Source of the DNA: a virus
Taxonomy: Duplodnaviria > Heunggongvirae > Uroviricota > Caudoviricetes
IMG/VR virus record: IMGVR_UViG_2675903278_000002
Length of the DNA stretch: 64,000 bases
Direction: 5' to 3' (one strand)
This document shows, piece by piece, positions 56,324 to 64,000 of this stretch. Position numbers and translations under genes: made by a program. The notes beneath the pieces were generated by a model. It searched no databases. It saw nothing but the letters and a program-made list of their open reading frames with translations, and was not told the DNA's origin. Within the stretch, counting starts at the first letter, position 1, and each line of letters opens with the position of its first letter.

Positions 56324-57898
56324 ATGGAATTGAACGACAAACAAATTAAGGATCTGGTGGCGCGACGCCACCCGGAATACGAAAAGAAAAAAGAACATTG
56401 GGACTTCCTCGCCAGCACTTACGCTGGCGGGCGTGGTTGGTTTACAGACAATATCTTTCGTTACTTTAAAGAGGGAGATCAGGAGTTTAAGGAGCGAGTT
56501 GAACGTGCTTATCGCTTCAACCACACTCGTGAGGTGGTAAACCTCATCAACAAATATCTCTTTAAAGAAGACATTCATAGAAATATCGAAGAGGCACCAG
56601 AGCAGATCCGCAATTTCTGGAAACGTGCGACTCGCCAGAATGCCTCTATTGACTCATTTATGGCCGCTATTGATTTGCAGTCGTCTATTTACGGTCGCAT
56701 ATGGGTTGTTGTCGATAGCACGATGAGTGGTGATGTTGAGTCAGTAGCTGACGAGAAAAAGAAAGATGCTCGCGCCTACGCCTACTGGATTTCACCTCAG
56801 CAAATGCTGGATGTGGCATGGGACGACGACGGGAATATGTTGTGGGCGTTAATTGTGGAAGTCGCTCGTGATGACGCAGATCCTTTTACTTCTACAGGTC
56901 AGGAATACCAACGTTATCGTCTGTGGACACAAAACGAGTGGTATCTGTTCCGTGAGGAAGTGAAGAAGGGCGCTGGTGGAGCAGGTCGCCGTCAGGCAAA
57001 AGTTATTTTAGAGGATAGCGGTGAGCATAATCTCGGCGTAGTTCCTGTGTTTCCTGTTGATTGTATTGGAGAAAGTGAATCACCGTATTTCAGCCCATCG
57101 TTGATCGATGATATCGCTTATCTTGATCGTGCGGTTGCAAACTATCTGTCAAACCTTGATGCCATTATTCAGGATCAGACATTTAGCCAGTTGGCTATAC
57201 CGGTACAGTCGCTTTTACCTGGTGATGAAAACCACACTAAAGTGCTTGAAATGGGCACAAAGCGAGTATTCACCTACGATTCTGAAGGTGGAAACCAGCC
57301 GTTTTATCTGTCACCAGACCCGAAACAAGCTCAGATGATCATCACTACGATTAAGACGGTGATTAACGAAATCTACCATTCAGTTGGTGTAGCTGGTGAG
57401 CGAACGAAGCAGGACAACGCACAGGGAATCGATAATTCATCTGGTGCCGCAAAAATGTATGACTTCCAGCGTGTAAATAGCTTGCTTGTCACAAAAGCAG
57501 AGCGTCTGGAAAGGGCTGAACGCCAAATCATGCTACTGGTTGCGAAATGGATGGGGGTAGATCTGGACGAAGACCACTCTTTAATTGCGTATCCAGAAAG
57601 TTTCGATATTCGTGGCCTTACTGATGAATTTTCTGTTGCCGAGAAACTGTCATTACTTCAGGCACCGGACTCTGTACGTCGTCACCAGATGGAAATGCTT
57701 ATTGAGAAGATTTTCCCGAACATTACTGAGGCGATGAAAAAGGAATTTGATAAAGATCTCTTGAATTTTCCTCCAAAAAATGATCTAAATACCCTTGAAA
57801 ATAAGTCAGTACTTACTTATGATCGTGGTGCAGCCCAAGAAAGCGGGCAAGATCAACCCCGAGGGAATGGGGACTCATCTACTCAAGAGAACGAGTGA
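56324..57898 (+). CDS. portal protein (putative)
   Basis: 524 aa, position between TerL and scaffold/capsid genes. Confidence 0.6.
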   Translation: MELNDKQIKDLVARRHPEYEKKKEHWDFLASTYAGGRGWFTDNIFRYFKEGDQEFKERVERAYRFNHTREVVNLINKYLFKEDIHRNIEEAPEQIRNFWKRATRQNASIDSFMAAIDLQSSIYGRIWVVVDSTMSGDVESVADEKKKDARAYAYWISPQQMLDVAWDDDGNMLWALIVEVARDDADPFTSTGQEYQRYRLWTQNEWYLFREEVKKGAGGAGRRQAKVILEDSGEHNLGVVPVFPVDCIGESESPYFSPSLIDDIAYLDRAVANYLSNLDAIIQDQTFSQLAIPVQSLLPGDENHTKVLEMGTKRVFTYDSEGGNQPFYLSPDPKQAQMIITTIKTVINEIYHSVGVAGERTKQDNAQGIDNSSGAAKMYDFQRVNSLLVTKAERLERAERQIMLLVAKWMGVDLDEDHSLIAYPESFDIRGLTDEFSVAEKLSLLQAPDSVRRHQMEMLIEKIFPNITEAMKKEFDKDLLNFPPKNDLNTLENKSVLTYDRGAAQESGQDQPRGNGDSSTQENE

Positions 57899-57919
57899 TA
57901 AGTAACAAAAGGAATTTTT

Positions 57920-58807
57920 ATGAATCTGTGGCAAATGCTTTTGGCCCGTCGTGGTCTGATGGATGTCGCTGAAGCGCATGAGCGTGGAGGCGCTGGCGGT
58001 GTAGCTGCTGATAATGAGCAGAGTACACAAGATCCTGACAAACAGGGTGAACAAAAAGAGCAGCCGAAGGGCGATGACGAATACGCTGGCATGACTCAGG
58101 AAGAGTTACTGGCCGAACTTCGTAAAACCAAGAAAGCTGGTGCTGAACTGCTGAAGGAGAACATGAAGCGCAAAGAGAAAGAGCGCACATTGGCCGATCA
58201 GCTTGCTCAGTACGGTGATATCGATCCGGCTCGTGCTCGCCAGCTTTTAGAAGCTGAACAGGCCGCAGAAAACGCACGTCGTGAGGCGGAGCAAGCTGAA
58301 CTGGAGCGTCGTGGTGAGTTCGATGCTGTTAAAAAACAGATGATCGAAGCACACCAGGCAGAGCTGGCACAGCGTGACGAACGTTATGCAGCACTGGAAA
58401 GTGAAAACGCATCACTGAAATCTCAATTAGTCGAGATGACCGTGGGCGCTTCCTTCAGTAACTCTCTCTTCCTACGTGACAAAGTTCTGATGACCCCGGC
58501 AAAAGCCCGCGTGATCTACGGTTCTCATTTTGAAGTGGGTGAAGACGGTAGCGTAGTGGGTTATGACAAACCGGCAGGTCACAAAGAACGAGCTGTTCTG
58601 GTTGACGGTGAAGGTAAGCCGTTGCCGTTTGAATCCGCGATTGAACGCATTGTGCGGGCAGATCCGGAAGCTGACGCATTGATGCGTAGCGAAGCCAAGC
58701 AGGGTGTAGGCTCACATTCCAAATCGACCTACACAATATCCCAACCGAAGAACAAGTCGACTATGGATAAGTTGGCCTCCGGTCTGGGGAAAATTGGACT
58801 TAAGTAA
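57920..58807 (+). CDS. scaffolding protein (putative)
   Basis: 295 aa, central Ala/Glu/Arg/Gln-rich coiled coil, directly upstream of capsid gene. Confidence 0.55.
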   Translation: MNLWQMLLARRGLMDVAEAHERGGAGGVAADNEQSTQDPDKQGEQKEQPKGDDEYAGMTQEELLAELRKTKKAGAELLKENMKRKEKERTLADQLAQYGDIDPARARQLLEAEQAAENARREAEQAELERRGEFDAVKKQMIEAHQAELAQRDERYAALESENASLKSQLVEMTVGASFSNSLFLRDKVLMTPAKARVIYGSHFEVGEDGSVVGYDKPAGHKERAVLVDGEGKPLPFESAIERIVRADPEADALMRSEAKQGVGSHSKSTYTISQPKNKSTMDKLASGLGKIGLK

Positions 58808-58832
58808 CATCTAAATCAAAGGGAATTGATAG

Positions 58833-59708
58833 ATGCCATTACTGCGTGAAGAAGCTGAAAAGCTGTCTAACAACGAACTTGAACAGGGTGTGATCGAAAC
58901 TATCATCGATCGCGATGACCTGTTTGCCATCCTGCCTTTTATGAAAATTAATTCAAAGGCATATCTGTACAACCGTGAAAAAACGCTGAGTGAAGCTACC
59001 TTCATCGACGTTAACGACACCATCCCTGAAGGTGCAGCAACCTTCGAAGAATGCGTTGCGAAACTGCGTATTCTGGCTGGTGACGTAGACGTTGATAAAT
59101 TCCTGGCGACCACTATGGCCGACACCAACAACCAGTTGGCTATTCAGGTTCGTCAGAAAGTTAAAGGTCTGGCTCGTGCGTTCCGTCGCAACCTGATTTT
59201 GGGTGACTCCAGCTCCAACAACAAGGCGTTTGACGGCATTCCACGCCTGATGCACGCAGATCAGAAGATCGATATCGCCGGTGCATCTATGACTTTCTCT
59301 ATGTTCGACGAACTGGTCGATGCGGTGAAAGATCTTGGTGCTGACTGCATCATGATGCGTTCAGAGCACCTGCGTGCTTACCGTGCGCTGCTGCGTACAG
59401 TAAACGTAGGTCCGTCTGAAATCATGATGGAGAACTTCGGTCGTCCGATGCTGTGTCATAACGGCGTTCCGTTCATCATCAACGACTTCATCCCGACCGA
59501 TTCTGGCAAAGCAAGCATCTACTGCCTGCATCTGTCAGAAGAGAACGGCGTTACTGGTCTGTATGGCGGCGACAACGCAGGTATCGTTGTTGAAAACATT
59601 GGTACTGTACAGAACAAAGACGCAGTACGTACCCGTGTGAAGTGGTACTGCTCTCTGGCGAATAAGCACGATAAGGCTATCGCTGCACTGACCAATGTAA
59701 AAATTTAA
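58833..59708 (+). CDS. major capsid protein (putative)
   Basis: 291 aa, position after scaffold; followed by strong terminator hairpin at ~59741-59770. Confidence 0.6.
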   Translation: MPLLREEAEKLSNNELEQGVIETIIDRDDLFAILPFMKINSKAYLYNREKTLSEATFIDVNDTIPEGAATFEECVAKLRILAGDVDVDKFLATTMADTNNQLAIQVRQKVKGLARAFRRNLILGDSSSNNKAFDGIPRLMHADQKIDIAGASMTFSMFDELVDAVKDLGADCIMMRSEHLRAYRALLRTVNVGPSEIMMENFGRPMLCHNGVPFIINDFIPTDSGKASIYCLHLSEENGVTGLYGGDNAGIVVENIGTVQNKDAVRTRVKWYCSLANKHDKAIAALTNVKI

Positions 59709-59781
59709 TCAGTGTAGTAGATAAGTAGTTATCTATGTTAAAGGGTGGGCTATACGCCCACCCTTTTTGTAGGAGCGAGAA

Positions 59782-60702
59782 ATGCCAGAACAAAAGATGA
59801 AGATTACGGAAGAGGCATTTTCGGATTTTACGGGGCATATGTGCCGTGCCGGATTTACCAATTCTATCTCCGATCAACCTTTAACTGAGCGGCAACAAAG
59901 TCAGCTATCTGCTTGTTTGCAGGCGGTTCCCCTCTCCCAATCCGTAAACATAACCCCGGCTTCACCGTCAGTTTTGGTTGGGAAAACTGTTCAACTTAGT
60001 GCAGGTATTAGTATGGGTAAGAGTGCCAGTTCATTCACCTGGAAGTCAGCCAATGACCAAATTGCAACCGTTAACGGCACTGGATTAGTAACTGGCGTAG
60101 CACCAGGCAAAGTAAAAATTACTGCAACTGATCAGGAAACCCAGCTTTCCGCTTCAGTGGAAGTCACCGTAAATCCGGTAGCCGTTCAATCCGTAACGGT
60201 AACGCCAGAATCAACGTCTGTTGAGAAAGGGAAATCAGTCAGTCTGAAAGCGAATGTTCAGCCGTCAAATGCGACGAATAAGGCTGTTACCTGGTCTTCC
60301 AAAAATGAAGATAAGGCAACGGTAGACCAGAGCGGGAACGTTACTGGTGTAGAAGTTGGCACTGCGACGATTGAGATCGTTTCCCAAGATGGCAGCAAAA
60401 AGGCAACTGCAACGGTGGAAGTAACTGCGCCTGTTGTGGCTGTTACCGGCGTCGAAATCGACCCAAATAGCACAACCGTTGAGGCAAACAAAACTGTTCA
60501 GCTGACCGCAAATGTCGAGCCGGCAGGAGCAACAAATAAAACCGTTACTTGGGAATCCAAAAATACCGAGTTTGCAACGGTGGATAGCGAAACCGGTGTT
60601 GTAACTGGCGTTGCGGCTGGTACTGCCACAATCGAGGTTACTACCCAAGATGGTAGCCACAAAGCGACAGCGACCGTAGAAGTCACTGCTGCACAGGAAT
60701 AA
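59782..60702 (+). CDS. Ig-like (Big_2-type) repeat protein, possible capsid decoration protein
   Basis: three tandem ~85-aa Ig-like repeats (VTVTPESTSVEKGKSVSL, ATVDQSGNVTGV, TATIEV). Confidence 0.5.
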   Translation: MPEQKMKITEEAFSDFTGHMCRAGFTNSISDQPLTERQQSQLSACLQAVPLSQSVNITPASPSVLVGKTVQLSAGISMGKSASSFTWKSANDQIATVNGTGLVTGVAPGKVKITATDQETQLSASVEVTVNPVAVQSVTVTPESTSVEKGKSVSLKANVQPSNATNKAVTWSSKNEDKATVDQSGNVTGVEVGTATIEIVSQDGSKKATATVEVTAPVVAVTGVEIDPNSTTVEANKTVQLTANVEPAGATNKTVTWESKNTEFATVDSETGVVTGVAAGTATIEVTTQDGSHKATATVEVTAAQE

Positions 60703-60746
60703 TCAATATTGGGCGGCGAAAGCCGCCCATGTAGAGAGAATGCGTT

Positions 60747-61181
60747 ATGAAACCAGCAAAAATTGTTTTATTAGAACCGCAATTTTCCGGTTATTCGGGA
60801 ATGTTGTGCGGCGTTCAGTTCGAGAACGGGGTGTCCGTAGCGGAGTTGCCTTTTATCGATCAGCAAAGGATTTGTGCCTCAATGCGAGCATCAACAGTCG
60901 AGGGCAAAAATGTTTCTCCGTCTGCCGCATACAGTGATCGTGGCGAGTTGACCGCAGACCTGATTACCGAGCCAGCAGCACCTGACATTGTGCCAATGAA
61001 ACGTGGGACACCAGATGAACCGGCCAAACAGATCCAGACTTTCACACGAGAAGAGTTGGAGTCAATTGCAGACAATGAAGGCATTGCCGGTCTACGTGTG
61101 ATTGGTAATCAGGTTGGTGTCAAAGCGAAAGGAATTGTCGAGATGATTGAAGGCATCCTGAAAGCACAAGGCGGTGAGTAA
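60747..61181 (+). CDS. hypothetical structural-module protein
   Basis: 144-aa ORF in head-tail joining region. Confidence 0.45.
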   Translation: MKPAKIVLLEPQFSGYSGMLCGVQFENGVSVAELPFIDQQRICASMRASTVEGKNVSPSAAYSDRGELTADLITEPAAPDIVPMKRGTPDEPAKQIQTFTREELESIADNEGIAGLRVIGNQVGVKAKGIVEMIEGILKAQGGE

Positions 61182-62014
61182 TGGCGCAGATCGACTCGTA
61201 TCGTAGCGGTGAAGCTGTTTCCCTTTCATTTGCCTTCAACGTGCTGGATATCGAATCTGCTACCTACACAGTAAAGGACAGCACCGGGGCTATTCTCGTT
61301 GATGGCGAGCCGCTAGAAATTACCAGCGGTCAAATGTCGATTCCGGTTGTCGTGTCGGCTGAATATAACCAGCTCTCTGAGAAAGAACGCGATCTGCGGT
61401 ACGTCATTGTGAAGGCTGTTGCATCGGGTCTGACGCATGAAGAGCGGCAAATGTATGTTCTGCTGAATAGTTTTGAACTGTCGATACCAGAACAGTCGTT
61501 TGCAACTGTCGCTGATGCTCAAATGCAAGCGATCGATATGCTGAATGGGGACACTTTGCTGTCGGATGGTGAAGGCTTAATGCGCAAGCGTCTCATTGAG
61601 GCTACCAGACGAATTAAAACTTTACCGTTCTCAATCCGCAAAATTCTACGTATCGACTTTGACCGATACGATCGCCCTCAAAATATGCTGAATGTGTATG
61701 ACATTCCGTGGGGAGCAGATGGAGCGTACCGGCATGATTTAGTCGATTGGGAAAAGATGACGCAGGAGAAGTTTGAAGAGTTCCCTGACTACTTCAAAGA
61801 AGCGTTGATGCTTGCCGTTGTCAACGAAGCGTGTGAGATCGCAAATGGCAATGATGTTGCCGCAGCACGAGAGGATGGCATTTTGTCAGAGTCAATCGGT
61901 GAAACAACCAACATGTACCGTACCGGTAAAGCTGCAAACGTGCATGTGGCTCGCAGTACCTGGCGCTTGCTGGTCAGTTACATCAACAACCGTATGATTG
62001 TTCGCCGTGCGTAA
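61181..62014 (+). CDS. hypothetical structural-module protein
   Basis: 277-aa ORF, start overlaps upstream stop. Confidence 0.5.
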   Translation: MAQIDSYRSGEAVSLSFAFNVLDIESATYTVKDSTGAILVDGEPLEITSGQMSIPVVVSAEYNQLSEKERDLRYVIVKAVASGLTHEERQMYVLLNSFELSIPEQSFATVADAQMQAIDMLNGDTLLSDGEGLMRKRLIEATRRIKTLPFSIRKILRIDFDRYDRPQNMLNVYDIPWGADGAYRHDLVDWEKMTQEKFEEFPDYFKEALMLAVVNEACEIANGNDVAAAREDGILSESIGETTNMYRTGKAANVHVARSTWRLLVSYINNRMIVRRA

Positions 62015-62438
62015 CGCCAGTCGCATTATTTACTTTTGGTCGAAAGGGTTTTTGGCCAGTAATGAGAGCGACCGACAACAACAGAGAGAGAGCATGAATA
62101 TTTCGTGGCAAACAGAAATTGCGATCTACCGCTTTGGCGCAAAGAACGTTTACGGCGAGGCGCAATTACAATTCGTCAGGAAGACGAATGTCGGCGTGGT
62201 TAAGTTCGAACAGAGTAATGAGAAATCGTCAGTTCGTGCTGATAGCTCTGGTAGTCGTGGTAAGGCGAGTCTGGAGCTGTTTGATGCTGTGTTAGTTGTC
62301 CCTTTAGAAGCGGCTGTACAACTTGATGATGTGCTGATCCTTGAAGGTCAAAAATTAAAGGTGTCCAGTGTTCATCGCCGCTGGGGGCTACGAGGAAGAC
62401 CTGGGCATCTTGAAGTAGGGGCGAATATATGGGTCTGA
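61998..62438 (+). CDS. hypothetical structural-module protein (head-tail connector candidate)
   Basis: 146-aa ORF. Confidence 0.4.
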   Translation: MFAVRNASRIIYFWSKGFLASNESDRQQQRESMNISWQTEIAIYRFGAKNVYGEAQLQFVRKTNVGVVKFEQSNEKSSVRADSSGSRGKASLELFDAVLVVPLEAAVQLDDVLILEGQKLKVSSVHRRWGLRGRPGHLEVGANIWV

Positions 62439-62902
62439 AATACGATGCGCATCAGTTCAAACGTGCGGGGAATCGACTCAACAACAGCCAGAAAGCATTT
62501 AAGCGATATCTTATCCGGGACATGGAAAAGCTGGCGCGTTTGGTTGAGCGTCTCAGCCGTGCAATGGCCCCGCTGGAAACCGGATCTCTGGAGACAGCCA
62601 TCTTTGCCAGGGTGATTAAAGAAGGTTATTCAGGGCTGCGTATTGAGCTTTCTGTGTCTGGAGCAAAACCACGTCAGGGGCATCCGGGCGTAGAAGTAGG
62701 TGACTATGCTAAGTACATGGAGCTGGGTAAATACCGACTCGGTTATCTTTCTCGAATGAAGAACGTGACAAACCCACCAATTGCCGGTGTTAAACCCCGT
62801 GTTGGGCCACACTTTCTGGAAAGAGCGGTGGAAATTAGCGAGAAGCAGTTCTCAGAAGCGATTCTTGAGGCTGCCAGAAAAGCCGGATTTACGAGAGGTT
62901 AA
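62429..62902 (+). CDS. hypothetical structural-module protein
   Basis: 157-aa ORF. Confidence 0.45.
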   Translation: MGLKYDAHQFKRAGNRLNNSQKAFKRYLIRDMEKLARLVERLSRAMAPLETGSLETAIFARVIKEGYSGLRIELSVSGAKPRQGHPGVEVGDYAKYMELGKYRLGYLSRMKNVTNPPIAGVKPRVGPHFLERAVEISEKQFSEAILEAARKAGFTRG

Positions 62903-62903
62903 T

Positions 62904-63287
62904 GTGTTTATTGAAGCGTTTGCAAGTTTGATGCAGAAGGCAAAGATTGGCACGGTCGGGACTGACATTTTCTGTCACTACTTGCCTGCCAATGTGAAAT
63001 CTGGCGTCCTGCTTATTAACCCAAATACCGGCATCAGCATCGATCATGAGCTACAGGGCTTTTATCACGAATCATTCACAATCATTGTGCGTGGTTCGTC
63101 AATTACTACGACGGTTGAGAAAGCCCATAAAATCATTGAGATGTTTCCAGTAGAGGAAACGGAATCTGGTGGTGTTTATTTTCGACTTGTACGACCGATG
63201 GCGATGCCAATCATTTATCCCAAAAATGATGGGGCATTAATAGAAGCAGGCATTCCTGTTGAATTTGCTGGCTATTTATTGAATTAA
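62904..63287 (+). CDS. hypothetical structural-module protein (tail completion candidate)
   Basis: 127 aa from GTG 62904 (RBS GAGAGG), 1 nt after upstream stop. Confidence 0.4.
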   Translation: MFIEAFASLMQKAKIGTVGTDIFCHYLPANVKSGVLLINPNTGISIDHELQGFYHESFTIIVRGSSITTTVEKAHKIIEMFPVEETESGGVYFRLVRPMAMPIIYPKNDGALIEAGIPVEFAGYLLN

Positions 63288-63361
63288 CTCAATTGGTAAG
63301 TATATACTTACTATTAGCGCAATGAATGCGTAGAATTAACGGAAAAAGGAGTTTTCCATCA

Positions 63362-64000
63362 ATGTCTAATACCCATGTAAAAAACATCAAACTTGGTGCC
63401 TGTAAGGTGTCGTTTGGTGGTGTGGATTTGGGTTACACCAAAGGTGGTGTTCAGGTTGAAGTAGCCACTGAAACGCTGAAAGTCACCGTCGATCAGTTGG
63501 GGCAGACCGTAATTTCCGAATTAGTTCAGGGGCGCAACATTACCATCACCGCGCCTCTGGCTGAGTCTGTACTCCAAAACATGGTTGACCTGATGCCTGG
63601 TTCTACTCTGAGCGAAGATGACAACTCTGTCACGATCACATCTGCACAGGGCGTTAACCTGATTGATGTGGCGAAGGAGCTGGTTCTGACTCCGCAGGAC
63701 ACCACCGACTATGTGTTGACCATCCCGAAAGCGGCAACCGCGGGCAACTTCACTATGACCTACCAGTCTGATGATGTTCGTGTGTTCTCTGTTCAGTTCA
63801 GCGCATACCCGGATGATGAAGGCGTTCTGGGCAAAATGAGCGGTCCTAAACCGGTAAAAACTGTGTCGATCTCACCGGAATCTCCAACCGTAAAAGCTGG
63901 AGAAACTGTGCAACTGACAGCCGAAATCACTCCAGCTGATGCCGCAGACAAAACCGGTGTTTGGGAATCCGAAGACCAGGAAAAGGCCACGGTAGATCAA
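63362..64000 (+). CDS. major tail protein with C-terminal Ig-like domain (3' end beyond window)
   Basis: RBS AAAAAGGAG; N-terminus typical of siphovirus tube proteins (KLGACKVSFGGVDLGYTKGGVQVEV); Big_2-like repeat starting ~aa 165; no stop within window. Confidence 0.65.
   Translation, partial: MSNTHVKNIKLGACKVSFGGVDLGYTKGGVQVEVATETLKVTVDQLGQTVISELVQGRNITITAPLAESVLQNMVDLMPGSTLSEDDNSVTITSAQGVNLIDVAKELVLTPQDTTDYVLTIPKAATAGNFTMTYQSDDVRVFSVQFSAYPDDEGVLGKMSGPKPVKTVSISPESPTVKAGETVQLTAEITPADAADKTGVWESEDQEKATVDQ

Noticed and set aside
1-64000. Integrase, transposase or IS element, and attachment-site repeats
   Set aside because: No tyrosine or serine recombinase or DDE transposase motifs were recognised in any translation; the inverted repeats found are short hairpins typical of terminators. 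Absence here does not exclude such genes outside the window.

Overview
This window reads as part of a temperate phage-plasmid of an enterobacterial host (SSU5/pHCM2-like by gene content; this is inference from motifs, no database search was run). It holds: (1) a T4-like recombination, replication and nucleotide-metabolism module on the + strand (gp32-like SSB, 5'-3' exonuclease, UvsX/RecA-like recombinase, SbcD/SbcC-like nuclease pair, RuvC-like resolvase, NrdA/NrdB, MazG-like enzyme, ThyA, DHFR, P-loop kinase, DnaQ-like exonuclease, RNase HI, two DNA methyltransferases); (2) a plasmid-type iteron replicon (minus-strand RepA of the P1/RepFIB type with three iteron arrays, DnaA boxes and GATC clusters); (3) a ~3.3 kb block that is essentially chromosomal apbC(mrp)-metG, preceded by a LexA-box-controlled, already-truncated UmuD-prime-like gene; (4) an array of small accessory gene cassettes with a shared palindromic upstream motif and shared terminator hairpins, interrupted by two copies of a non-coding composite module (C/A-rich G-poor tract plus ~21-bp periodic GGGAAACGGC repeats); (5) a minus-strand block with a UvsW-like SF2 helicase, exported proteins and a low-GC three-gene island; (6) a ParB-ParB-ABC ATPase-GNAT-wHTH module followed by a siphovirus-type packaging and structural module (TerS, TerL, portal, scaffold, capsid, Ig-like proteins, major tail protein, truncated at the window end). 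No integrase, transposase, rRNA, tRNA or CRISPR array was recognised. Three dispersed motif families (AAGAAAACAAnTTGTTT palindrome; TAGGTAAGTA...TACTTACCTA palindromes; conserved AGGAAAAACACATG leader) suggest element-wide regulatory circuits. Protein calls rest on motifs read by eye from the supplied translations; coordinates of regulatory sites are approximate to a few bases.
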